From positions 12,484 through 76,483 of the forward strand of contig JBBTXS010000008.1 of NCBI GenBank assembly GCA_038062115.1: DNA of 64,000 bases. The letters are read 5' to 3'. Source of the DNA: Patescibacteria group bacterium. Lineage in GTDB: Bacteria; Patescibacteriota; Microgenomatia; Levybacterales; UBA12049. A program made the position numbers and the translations under genes. This document shows, piece after piece, positions 42,415 to 51,041 of the stretch. A model generated the notes under the pieces. That model did not search any database. It was given only the letters and a program-made list of their open reading frames with translations, and had not been told where the DNA came from. How positions within the stretch are numbered: the stretch's first letter is position 1; each line of letters starts with the position of its first letter.

Positions 42415-45282
42415 TTAATTTGTATTGCACAACATTTTATATTCGCAGTTTTGGCAGATGATTGAATGACTGCAAGCAAAATCGCTTTTTTCGATTTCTC
42501 CGATTTTTTCAATAAGCTGTGACTCTAATTTGTCTAAATCTTCCTGTTGAAAGTTCATAGATTTTTTAGTATTTCCTTCCAGGAAATGAAGTGTTAAAGT
42601 AATGTCTTTAGGATTTCGATTTAGAACTTCATCTTTTACCCGCGTTGCGGCAAGCGCATACATGGCAAGCTGAAGCCTGTGGGTTTTGTCTGCTTTGGGA
42701 TTATCTATACCGGTTTTATAATCTATAATTTCAATGCCATTGCCTTTTTTGTCTACGCGGTCAATCTTTCCAAAAACCTTTACGTTATTTTTTAAAACAA
42801 AAGAAAATGGGAGCTCCAGCGCTAATGGTTTTATACGGGTTTTGAATTCTGTTTTATAAAATTCTTCGAGTATTTTAATTGCCTGGGAAAAGCGTTCTTC
42901 TTCATGTTTTTTGCCATCGTATCCGTCGCTAAGCCATTCTTTCTTAAGAATTTCAATTAATTGTGTAAGGGGTAGAGCTTCCCTTTCCATGAGTCGTTTA
43001 TAAAAATTATACAAAGTATTATGGACAGAAATACCAAAACTTTGAACAGCGGCAGCAGGAGTTGGAATATTAAAAATCACTTTTGCTTTGTAATGCAGTG
43101 GGCAAATATCAAACATCTGAAGGTTTGAAAAGGTAATATAACTTAACTTAAGCGGCCGTTTCTCTTCTTTTCTCTCCTCGGTTTTCTCATAAACAGAAAG
43201 AACTTCCGTAAGAGACAGCTGCTCGATACGATTTTTTGCTTCGTCTTGTTCTTTGAGCTTGGGAAGAGTTTCATAAACAAAAGGGGAAAGTGGTCTTGGC
43301 CGTTTTGCTGTTCCATAATAGGACGCAGATGTTAAATATAATCTTTCTTTTGCTCGAGTCATCCCGACATAAAAAAGTCTTCGTTCTTCTTCCAGGTGAA
43401 AATCAGTATCGAGAGGTATATTTTCTTTCATAATCCCAACAGGCAATGGAATCTTTTCACTTCTTTCGCGCGAGGGAAAACGATCAGACACAAGATTTAC
43501 CAAGAATACAACTTTAAACTCGAGTCCTTTGGAAGAGTGCACTGTTAGAATATTAACGACATTTCTATCTCTTACGTCAATATCGGCAGCTCTGGGGCTT
43601 TCTCCCATTTTAAGCATAAGATTTAACCATTCAGAAAGCGTAAATATATTTGCATCAGCACGTTCTGTCTCAAAGTTTTTAATCCTGTCAAAAAACTTAG
43701 CAATATTTTGGACACGCCGTTCTTCCCTAACGGAATTAGTAGAGTTAAGTGTTTCAAAAAGCTTTGAGTCGATCAAAAAGTAATAAAGAATTTGTCCTCC
43801 GGAGTCTTTTTTGCTCCTTTCCAGATGACGTTTGGCCATTTCCCTAAAAGTTATAAGTTTTTCCCGTGTTTCAGGTTTCAAAAATGACTGGTCAACATTG
43901 ACAAGCGCTTCAAAAAGAGTAAGGTTTCTCTTCTTTGCAAAATTTAGAAGATAGTTTAATTCAATATAAGGAATATTAAATATGTCCATAGAAAGTAGCC
44001 TAAAAAGAGAAACAGAATCTGAAAGATTTGTTAAAAATGTCAGGTAGGCAATTAAATCTTTTATTTCCTCCTGCTGGAAAAGGTAGCCGGGCCCTAAAAA
44101 TTGAAAAGGAATCCTATGTCTTTGTAACGCATTTGTAATAAGTTGAGAATGATTATTTGCACGGACCAAAATTGCGATATCTTTATATTCGTACTTTTGT
44201 TCTAAAAGTTTTTCTATGGTGATAGCTATTTTATCTGCTTCGTCTTCTGACCGATTCTCATGGATTAACTCAATTTCTTTTTTGGGAGAGATAGAATGGC
44301 TTTTAAGTTTTTTATCAATGCTTTCAACTATCTCAAGTCTATTAGGATTGTTATGTTGGATTAGCTGGTAAGCTGCATCTAGAATAGGCTGAGTAGATCT
44401 GTAGTTATCATTCAAAGTCACAATTTCCGTATCTGGGAAATTTTTCTTAAATTGTAAAACATTTGAAACCGCAGCGCCTCTAAATCTGTAGATTGATTGG
44501 TCGTCATCGGCAACTACGGTAATATTTTTATCATCCCCTGCAAGTGCAATCGCCAGTTCGTTTTGGGCGTAGTTTGTATCCTGGAATTCATCAACTAAGA
44601 CAAACTTGAACTGATTTTGATATTTTTTTAAAATATTTCTTCTTTTTCGAAATAGCAATAAAGTATTCGAGATAAGGTCTGAAAAATCCATAACTGATTC
44701 TTTGACTTTCAATTCTTCATATTTCTTATAAGAATTTGCGAGTTCTAGATACTGCTGTGTTTCTTCTTCTGACTCATTATTTTTGACCCATTTGATATAC
44801 TCAGTTGGTGATATGTCTTCATCTTTAAGTCTTGAGAAGTGAGTTAAAAGAGCATCTAGAAATTTCGTAGGATTACCAAGAGGTCTAAAATTTTTTAACT
44901 CTAAATTAAAAATATTTTTCTGAAGCAGAAGTACAGACTCTGATTCTGAGATTAACTTGTAACTTGGGTCTAGTCCTATGGCATGAGCTTCGTTTCTTAA
45001 GATCCTATCGCAAAAGGCGTGAAAAGTTGATATCCACATTTGGGTATATCCGTATGGCATTGCTATATCAACACGCTCTTCCATTTCTGCTGCCGCTTTT
45101 TCTGTAAAGGTAAGGGCGAGGATTTGGGAAGGATTAACTTCTTTTTTGAGGATCAAATATTTAATGCGTTCTGTAATAACTGTTGTTTTACCAGTTCCAG
45201 CGCCTGCTATGATAAGAAGTGGACCGCCATTATACTTAATAGCCTCCATCTGCTCTCTGTTGAGAGTTTTTATGTTTGTCAT
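42415..45282 (-). CDS. UvrD/PcrA-type helicase fused to a C-terminal PD-(D/E)XK, Cas4/AddB-like Cys-cluster nuclease
   Basis: 955 aa. Walker A AGAGTGKTT, VDEFQDTN (motif II), TVHSSKGLEF, YVGMTRAK. C-terminal DICPLHYK, GKIDRVD, IEIIDYKTG and CSHSIICQNCEYKMLC. Confidence 0.8.
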   Translation of the reverse strand: MTNIKTLNREQMEAIKYNGGPLLIIAGAGTGKTTVITERIKYLILKKEVNPSQILALTFTEKAAAEMEERVDIAMPYGYTQMWISTFHAFCDRILRNEAHAIGLDPSYKLISESESVLLLQKNIFNLELKNFRPLGNPTKFLDALLTHFSRLKDEDISPTEYIKWVKNNESEEETQQYLELANSYKKYEELKVKESVMDFSDLISNTLLLFRKRRNILKKYQNQFKFVLVDEFQDTNYAQNELAIALAGDDKNITVVADDDQSIYRFRGAAVSNVLQFKKNFPDTEIVTLNDNYRSTQPILDAAYQLIQHNNPNRLEIVESIDKKLKSHSISPKKEIELIHENRSEDEADKIAITIEKLLEQKYEYKDIAILVRANNHSQLITNALQRHRIPFQFLGPGYLFQQEEIKDLIAYLTFLTNLSDSVSLFRLLSMDIFNIPYIELNYLLNFAKKRNLTLFEALVNVDQSFLKPETREKLITFREMAKRHLERSKKDSGGQILYYFLIDSKLFETLNSTNSVREERRVQNIAKFFDRIKNFETERADANIFTLSEWLNLMLKMGESPRAADIDVRDRNVVNILTVHSSKGLEFKVVFLVNLVSDRFPSRERSEKIPLPVGIMKENIPLDTDFHLEEERRLFYVGMTRAKERLYLTSASYYGTAKRPRPLSPFVYETLPKLKEQDEAKNRIEQLSLTEVLSVYEKTEERKEEKRPLKLSYITFSNLQMFDICPLHYKAKVIFNIPTPAAAVQSFGISVHNTLYNFYKRLMEREALPLTQLIEILKKEWLSDGYDGKKHEEERFSQAIKILEEFYKTEFKTRIKPLALELPFSFVLKNNVKVFGKIDRVDKKGNGIEIIDYKTGIDNPKADKTHRLQLAMYALAATRVKDEVLNRNPKDITLTLHFLEGNTKKSMNFQQEDLDKLESQLIEKIGEIEKSDFACSHSIICQNCEYKMLCNTN

Positions 45283-45307
45283 GAAGGTATTCTAACATAA
45301 CAAGTAT

Positions 45308-45742
45308 TTACTCAACCACTACTGTTCCTGTTCGAGTCGGATTTAAGTGATCGTGATATTTATATGTTCCTTGTTCGTCAAAAACAAGAGACACAGACTC
45401 ACTGTCAGAAACACGATTAAGGTTAAGCGGTGGATAGATTAAGTGTGTCGGGTGCAAAGCAGAATTAACTGTTGCAGCGCTACCGCTTTTGTTTGCCCAC
45501 ACTACTTTTGTTCCAGCTTCAATATTGACTGTTTCAGGTTCAAATCCAGAACTTGTTATTGTAATAACTGCTGCTTGAGTTTGTTCTTCAGCTTGAGTTG
45601 CTGTCTCTGTAGCTGGTGGATTTTGTTCTATTGCTTGAGGGGCTATTTCAGGCCCGCCTTTTTTGTTAGAAACCAATATAAATCCTACAACTACAATTAC
45701 AGCTATTGCTCCAAACAGAATTTTGTTGTTCATTTTTTTCAC
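45308..45742 (-). CDS. Secreted cupredoxin-like protein (HPTH / YHDHL motifs)
   Basis: 144 aa. N-terminal TM/signal. ITITSSGFEPETVNIEAGTKVVWANKSGSAATVNSALHPTHLIYP...YKYHDHLNPTRTGTVVV. Same motif pair as the N-terminal domain of the ORF at 5259..7778. Confidence 0.65.
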   Translation of the reverse strand: MKKMNNKILFGAIAVIVVVGFILVSNKKGGPEIAPQAIEQNPPATETATQAEEQTQAAVITITSSGFEPETVNIEAGTKVVWANKSGSAATVNSALHPTHLIYPPLNLNRVSDSESVSLVFDEQGTYKYHDHLNPTRTGTVVVE

Positions 45743-45826
45743 CTCCTCTCGTTAGCGTTTAGTTAATTAGCGTCTAGCGTCTAGTTTTAGTATATTGTTT
45801 TTTTAGAAATGGAGCAATAGTTGTTT

Positions 45827-46630
45827 TTATCTTAGTTTAAAGAAAACTAAGTTTCCTAATAGAAGGGAGAAAACAAGGGGATCAATTGAGTTGAAAGTTG
45901 AGAATTGAGAATTGAGAATGGGCGAAGATACAATAAGAGAAATTAGGGCAACAAAAATTCCAAAAATAATTTGCTTGGTATGATTATTCGGTGAAGTCAA
46001 TGGTTCTGGAAGCATGACAATTGAGAAAAATAGGACTGTTGGATCGAGAATAGTATTTAGTATTAAGTATTTAGTACTAAGTAGGATAAGAAAGGAGTAG
46101 GTAAGTAAGAAGGATACTGTAATTCGATATCGCCCCATACGGTAAGAAGAAATGAGAGACGGCGAGAGAAGAATCAGAAAATAAATTATGAATTCTATCC
46201 CGCCTTTGGCGGGACTAAATTGTTGCCAAGAAACTGCCCACCAAGAAATAGCGTGTCTAAAGATTATTGCGCCAACAAGCAATCCAAACCCTGCGGGGTT
46301 AAAGATGTGACGATTTGAAAATCTTATGAAATTTTTTGAGAACATCGCAATAACACCAACTACAACCGGGATATACCAAGTAAAATCAGGGGCTGTTAAA
46401 AGCCCAACAATGCTTCCAGTGACAAGGGCTGCACTTGGAAAAAACCACTTAATATTTCGAAGTCTTACAAATAAAAGATCTGCGCTTACTGCTGATATTA
46501 TAGATAATAGAAAAACAAGAAGAATTTTTTGTGAAGGGTTATTTAGAAATGCAGTTATAAAAATGAGCGTTAGAAAAAACCCCATTTGGGTTTTTGAAGT
46601 TTTAAATAAATTAATAAAATATTGCATCAT
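45827..46630 (-). CDS. Polytopic membrane protein, possibly NqrB/RnfD-like
   Basis: 267 aa with about eight helices. The HIFNPAGFGLLVGAIIF segment recalls the NqrB/RnfD family, but this is a weak assignment. Contains heptamer arrays at about 45885..45919 and 46051..46085. Confidence 0.4.
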   Translation of the reverse strand: MMQYFINLFKTSKTQMGFFLTLIFITAFLNNPSQKILLVFLLSIISAVSADLLFVRLRNIKWFFPSAALVTGSIVGLLTAPDFTWYIPVVVGVIAMFSKNFIRFSNRHIFNPAGFGLLVGAIIFRHAISWWAVSWQQFSPAKGGIEFIIYFLILLSPSLISSYRMGRYRITVSFLLTYSFLILLSTKYLILNTILDPTVLFFSIVMLPEPLTSPNNHTKQIIFGIFVALISLIVSSPILNSQFSTFNSIDPLVFSLLLGNLVFFKLR

Positions 46631-46647
46631 GATATAATCATAGCACT

Positions 46648-46759
46648 ATGACTGGGTCACAATTGTCATTTCGAGCTTGCCGAGAAATCTCCTTCAACGA
46701 GATTCCTCGACTCGCTACGCTCGCTCGGAATGACAAATGGGTATTTATGACCCAGCCAT
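46648..46759. mobile_element. MITE-like element, family 1, copy C, with perfect flanking direct repeat
   Basis: 112 bp, same ends and inner hairpins as copy A. Flanked by AATCATAGCACT at 46636..46647 and 46760..46771. Identity extends to 17 nt (46634..46650 and 46758..46774) where the flanks overlap the element ends. Confidence 0.85.
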
Positions 46760-46771
46760 AATCATAGCACT

Positions 46772-47536
46772 ATGGGAATCTTAGCGAAAGAGTTTTACTT
46801 ACCGTTTATCAAAAAAGAGAAGCTCGTAAAAGACACGTATTCATTTTATTTCGACCGCGTCAGACGCGGTTTAAGTTTTTTACCCGGACAATACATGCGC
46901 ATGATTCTTGATATCAAAAATCCAGATGAACGTGGGAACTCGCGTTTTTTTACAATCGCATCTTCTCCTTTAGAAAAGGATTATATTATGATAACTACCA
47001 AAATTACACAAAGCCCCGTACCAGACGGTACAGGGGAAAGCTCTTTCAAAAAAAGACTGATAGAATTAAAGGCTCAAGAAAAAGTGCAATTTTTTGGACC
47101 AATGGGAGAATTTGTGTTGAATGAGGAAAAAAAAGAAGATCGTGTATTTCTGGCAGGAGGGATTGGAATAACGCCATTTCATAGCATGCTAACCTATGCT
47201 TATCAAAAAAATCTTTCCATCCCTATAGCTCTTATTGTCTCATTTTCAACAGCACAGGATATTTTTTGGCACAAAGAACTGCAAGAGATAGCAACAAATA
47301 ATCCCAGTATTAAAGTTATCTACACAGTAAGTCGTCCGGAAAAGTCGAACACAAAGTGGAATGGCGAAACAGGAAGGATTTCGGATGTGCTGATTAAAAG
47401 TCATGTGCCAGATTTTTTAAGACCCCTATATTATATTGTTGGTCCTCCAGCAATGGTTGCCGGAATTGAGGATGTTGTAAAAAAAATAGGCGTGTCATCC
47501 GAAAAAATCTTTATAGAGAACTTTACTGGATACTAA
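46772..47536 (+). CDS. Ferredoxin-NADP reductase-like FAD/NAD(P)-binding oxidoreductase
   Basis: 254 aa. PGQYMRMIL, RFFTIASSP (RxYS-type FAD motif), LAGGIGITPFHSML (NAD(P) motif), YIVGPPAMV. Confidence 0.75.
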   Translation: MGILAKEFYLPFIKKEKLVKDTYSFYFDRVRRGLSFLPGQYMRMILDIKNPDERGNSRFFTIASSPLEKDYIMITTKITQSPVPDGTGESSFKKRLIELKAQEKVQFFGPMGEFVLNEEKKEDRVFLAGGIGITPFHSMLTYAYQKNLSIPIALIVSFSTAQDIFWHKELQEIATNNPSIKVIYTVSRPEKSNTKWNGETGRISDVLIKSHVPDFLRPLYYIVGPPAMVAGIEDVVKKIGVSSEKIFIENFTGY

Positions 47537-47545
47537 ATAAAATTT

Positions 47546-48691
47546 TCAGTTTTCAATTTCTAATTTTTCTGTGTCTGACAGAACGGAGCTTTCAGAAATT
47601 AAATCTGATTTGGATTCTTCAAGTCTTATTTTATCTACAGTCCTTACTAATTGTTTTGTTCTAGTCGAGTTAACTTTATCGTATTGTTCAGATAATGCGT
47701 CAATCCTTATGCCAATTTTTTCAAATTCTTCATTATATTTCCTGAATTCATCTTCAAATACTTTTATAAATGTAATTATTTTATGAATATTTTTTTGATA
47801 TTTAAAGTTACTGTATGATTGTCGAATTAATCTTAAAACAGCAGTAAAATTAAAAGGCCCAGCCAAAATTACTTTCTGTTTCATTGCATCGGACCAAACG
47901 CGATTCATCCGATCATAGATAAAAGAGAAAATCATCTCGTTTGGAATAAACATAATGACAAAATCAACAGTATTATTCGCTGGATTGATATAATCTCTGG
48001 TTGTTACTTGCTTAATTTTTTCCTTTATGTCTACCTCGAATGCCTTTACGTGTTCTTGTTTAGAAGACTTGTCTTCGGTTTCTGTCATTTTTTGAAGGTT
48101 AGAATAGGGGAATTTTGCATCAACATTAATTTTTATGCCATCTGGCAGTAGTATAGTAAAATCGGGTCTAGTGGAAGAATCTTCCTGCCTCTTGTTTTTT
48201 AAATAGTCGACTCCGTTTACAAATCCAGACATCCTTAATAAATCTTCGGCAACTTGTTCGCCAAATTGACCCCTTAATTGATTATTTGATAGGACTTTTT
48301 TTAACCCTTCAGTAGTTGCAGATAGCTGTTCTGTTATTACTTTATGTCCCTCTAGCTCTTGTTGAAGCGCTCGAAACGAACCTACCCGTTCTTTATCTGA
48401 GTCCTCAACCTTCTTATTGTTTTGTTTAATCTCATCTTTAAGTTGTTTTATTAAATCTTCAATTGCAGTTTTTTTGTTCGATAAATCCGTTTTTATGTCT
48501 TGGTTTTCTGCTTTTAGTTTTTCATTAGCAATCTTAATTAATTGATCTACGGCTTTACTAAGAGAACTTGGAACAATCTCATTTAGTTTTTGTTCTATTT
48601 TTGAGCTTGTATCGGTGGAGAAAAACTTGCTTTTAACAACAACAGCAATGATTATGCCCATAAGTATTCCTAGGATTAAATAAATTTCCAT
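47546..48691 (-). CDS. rmuC: DNA recombination protein RmuC
   Basis: 381 aa. N-terminal TM and coiled coil. RGQFGEQVAEDLL, RPDFTILLPDG, DAKFPY, DFVIMFIPNE. Confidence 0.8.
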   Translation of the reverse strand: MEIYLILGILMGIIIAVVVKSKFFSTDTSSKIEQKLNEIVPSSLSKAVDQLIKIANEKLKAENQDIKTDLSNKKTAIEDLIKQLKDEIKQNNKKVEDSDKERVGSFRALQQELEGHKVITEQLSATTEGLKKVLSNNQLRGQFGEQVAEDLLRMSGFVNGVDYLKNKRQEDSSTRPDFTILLPDGIKINVDAKFPYSNLQKMTETEDKSSKQEHVKAFEVDIKEKIKQVTTRDYINPANNTVDFVIMFIPNEMIFSFIYDRMNRVWSDAMKQKVILAGPFNFTAVLRLIRQSYSNFKYQKNIHKIITFIKVFEDEFRKYNEEFEKIGIRIDALSEQYDKVNSTRTKQLVRTVDKIRLEESKSDLISESSVLSDTEKLEIEN

Positions 48692-48734
48692 AAAGTTGGT
48701 AAATTATACATCAATTTTAAGCAAAGTAGAAGAA

Positions 48735-50024
48735 TTAATCAAAGTACAACTCTGGATCTGCCGTAATTTTGCTCCAATGGAATGGTTTGTGATTAAAAAA
48801 AGCTGCGGAGGCGATCATCGCCCCATTGTCCGTACAGAGATTTTTCGACGGTACGGACAATGAGATTTCTAATTTCAAATTTCTAATTTCTAATGCAAAT
48901 TGATCACGAAGTTTTTGATTGGCTGAGACGCCACCTCCTAGGAGAATTGATTTGACGTTGTATTTTTGGGCTGCTTTTAGGGTTTTAGCAATTAATACGT
49001 CAACAATTGCTTGTTGGACAGAGGCGCTGAGATCTGACAACAATTGTTCTTTTTCATTGGTCATTCTGGCAATCCCGACTTGTCGGGAACGTCCAGAATC
49101 TCCTACGTCAGTACGTTGAGAGATTCTGGAGTCGTCCTCCACGCTTCCGCTCTGAGTCGTCCCCAGAATGACGGAGACTTTAGGATCTTTTTTGATCAAA
49201 TATAAAACAGATGTTTTTAAACCGCTGAAACTAAAGTCCAAATCGTCGGAGTCAATCATCGGTCGTGGAAATTGGAATGCTTTTGGGCTGCCGTTTTTAG
49301 CGGCTTTTTCAATTGATGGGCCACCTGGATAAGGTAATCCTAAAAGTCTTCCTATTTTGTCAAATGCTTCGCCAGCAGCATCATCACGCGTGCCACCAAG
49401 CCACTTAATTTTTCCATGATCTTTCATCAGGACCAAGTCAGTATGGCCTCCCGAAACAATTAGAGCAAGAATAGGGAAGGTTATTTTGTCATTGCGAGGA
49501 TCCCGACTTGTCGGGAGACGAAGCAATCTCTTATCCGATGGGATTGCCACGCTCCTTTCAGTCGCTCGCAATGACACAGAAGCGAAAGGCTTTTCTTCAA
49601 TGAAATTTGCATAGATGTGTCCGATAAGGTGATTGACTGGGATTATTGGCTTCTGCCAAATATAAGATAGAGTTCTTGCAGTTTCAACTCCTACCAAAAG
49701 AGAACCGATAAGACCGGGACCTACGGTGACAGCGATAACATCTATTGTTTCATTGCTCAATTGTTTCATTGTTCCATTGTTAGTTCTCGACTCGCTACGC
49801 TCGCTCGAAGAATAAACAGCAAGGGCTTTTTTAATTACTGGAATTATATATTTTACCTGTTCGCGGGCGGCAACTTCTGGAATAATTCCGCCTGTCTTTG
49901 AGTGAAGACGTAAAGAAGATGCAACCACATTAGAAATAAGTTTGACTTTTCTATCACCTTGATTTGCCTCAATAATAGAGGCAGAAGTTTCGTCGCAGCT
50001 AGTTTCTATCCCTAAAATTCTCAT
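48735..50024 (-). CDS. tsaD: tRNA N6-adenosine threonylcarbamoyltransferase TsaD, with repeat-derived in-frame insertions
   Basis: MRILGIETSCDETSASI, VTVGPGLIGSLLVG, LALIVSGGHTDL, LCTDNGAMIA. 429 aa, against 337 aa for E. coli TsaD. The extra segments coincide with repeat copies at 49742..49810, 49488..49575, 49060..49172 and 48865..48899. Confidence 0.9.
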   Translation of the reverse strand: MRILGIETSCDETSASIIEANQGDRKVKLISNVVASSLRLHSKTGGIIPEVAAREQVKYIIPVIKKALAVYSSSERSESRTNNGTMKQLSNETIDVIAVTVGPGLIGSLLVGVETARTLSYIWQKPIIPVNHLIGHIYANFIEEKPFASVSLRATERSVAIPSDKRLLRLPTSRDPRNDKITFPILALIVSGGHTDLVLMKDHGKIKWLGGTRDDAAGEAFDKIGRLLGLPYPGGPSIEKAAKNGSPKAFQFPRPMIDSDDLDFSFSGLKTSVLYLIKKDPKVSVILGTTQSGSVEDDSRISQRTDVGDSGRSRQVGIARMTNEKEQLLSDLSASVQQAIVDVLIAKTLKAAQKYNVKSILLGGGVSANQKLRDQFALEIRNLKLEISLSVPSKNLCTDNGAMIASAAFFNHKPFHWSKITADPELYFD

Positions 50025-50470
50025 ACATTATCTAGTCTCATTACATCGCCTTCTTTAAAGTTATATTTTTCCGAAAGACCAGCGTTTATTTCCAAGACTA
50101 TGTCTGCCGGCTCGGAAGATCTATAAATAGGTGGGTTTTCGTTAGAGTTTGTCGGAGGTTTTACATTTTTATGAATCGTTACGATCCGACCATTCCTAAT
50201 AAAAATAATATCTATGGGAAATTTCATATCTTTAATCCAAAAACTATAAAAATCTGGTTTATCAAATAAAAAAATCATGCCAAAATTTTGAGGAATATTA
50301 TTATATTTAGAAAGTCCTATTTCTCGATCTTTTGGAGTTTTTGCAACGTACAGATTAAACGTATACTTATTTATGGTTACAGTTGGTCTTTTATCTTCTA
50401 GAATATTTCCTATGAAAACTAGCAAAAGAAAAATAAAAATTATTCTAATTACCCAATAAATTTTTTTCAC
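50021..50470 (-). CDS. DUF192 family protein
   Basis: 149 aa. N-terminal TM. GLSKYNNIPQNFGMIFLF ... FWIKDMKFPIDIIFI ... VLEINAG pattern. 4-nt overlaps with both neighbouring genes. Confidence 0.6.
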   Translation of the reverse strand: MKKIYWVIRIIFIFLLLVFIGNILEDKRPTVTINKYTFNLYVAKTPKDREIGLSKYNNIPQNFGMIFLFDKPDFYSFWIKDMKFPIDIIFIRNGRIVTIHKNVKPPTNSNENPPIYRSSEPADIVLEINAGLSEKYNFKEGDVMRLDNV

Positions 50471-50955
50471 AATGCTTCTACTTTAGTCAAACCTGCAATT
50501 CTACTTGTTGATTGATCAGAAACTCTTTTGCTAACGTATGCTACTTCTCCATTAATTAATTTTGCTTGGCGCTTTTTGTGGCCAACATTTGGGTCGTTAG
50601 CTGTTGTTGCAATAATTGATGGATGAATTTTTGTTATAATTCCGTCGTACTCACTATCTGTTTTTGAGTTTGTGAGCATAACCACGAAATCTACATAAGA
50701 TATGGCAGAGAGGACTATCGCTCTATCTTGTTGATTATTAATTGGTCTGTTATCTCCCTTAATTCTTTTTACTTTCTCGTCACTTTCTAAAAGAACAAAT
50801 AATACGTCGCCACGTTGTTTTGCTTTATTGAGAAATATTACATGACCAGCATGGATTATATCAAAACAGCCACCAGCCAGAACAATAGTTTTTCCATGAC
50901 TTCTAAGTTTTTTGGCAATCTGAACTGATTTTTGTATAGAAATCACCTTATTCAT
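50467..50955 (-). CDS. Cytidylyltransferase-like nucleotidyltransferase (RfaE domain II / TagD-like)
   Basis: 162 aa. GGCFDIIHAGHVIFL (HxGH motif) and C-terminal STSRI. Confidence 0.7.
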   Translation of the reverse strand: MNKVISIQKSVQIAKKLRSHGKTIVLAGGCFDIIHAGHVIFLNKAKQRGDVLFVLLESDEKVKRIKGDNRPINNQQDRAIVLSAISYVDFVVMLTNSKTDSEYDGIITKIHPSIIATTANDPNVGHKKRQAKLINGEVAYVSKRVSDQSTSRIAGLTKVEAL

Positions 50956-51007
50956 AATTTAGAATCTAGAATTCAGAATTAAGAATTAAATTCAGAATGT
51001 AGAATTA
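50953..51007. repeat. Heptamer tandem array (NAGAATT, about 8 units), intergenic
   Basis: cataatt tagaatc tagaatt cagaatt aagaatt aaattc agaatgt agaatta. Confidence 0.85.
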
Positions 51008-51041
51008 GTTCTTACTATAATTTTAAACTCTAAATTTTTAC

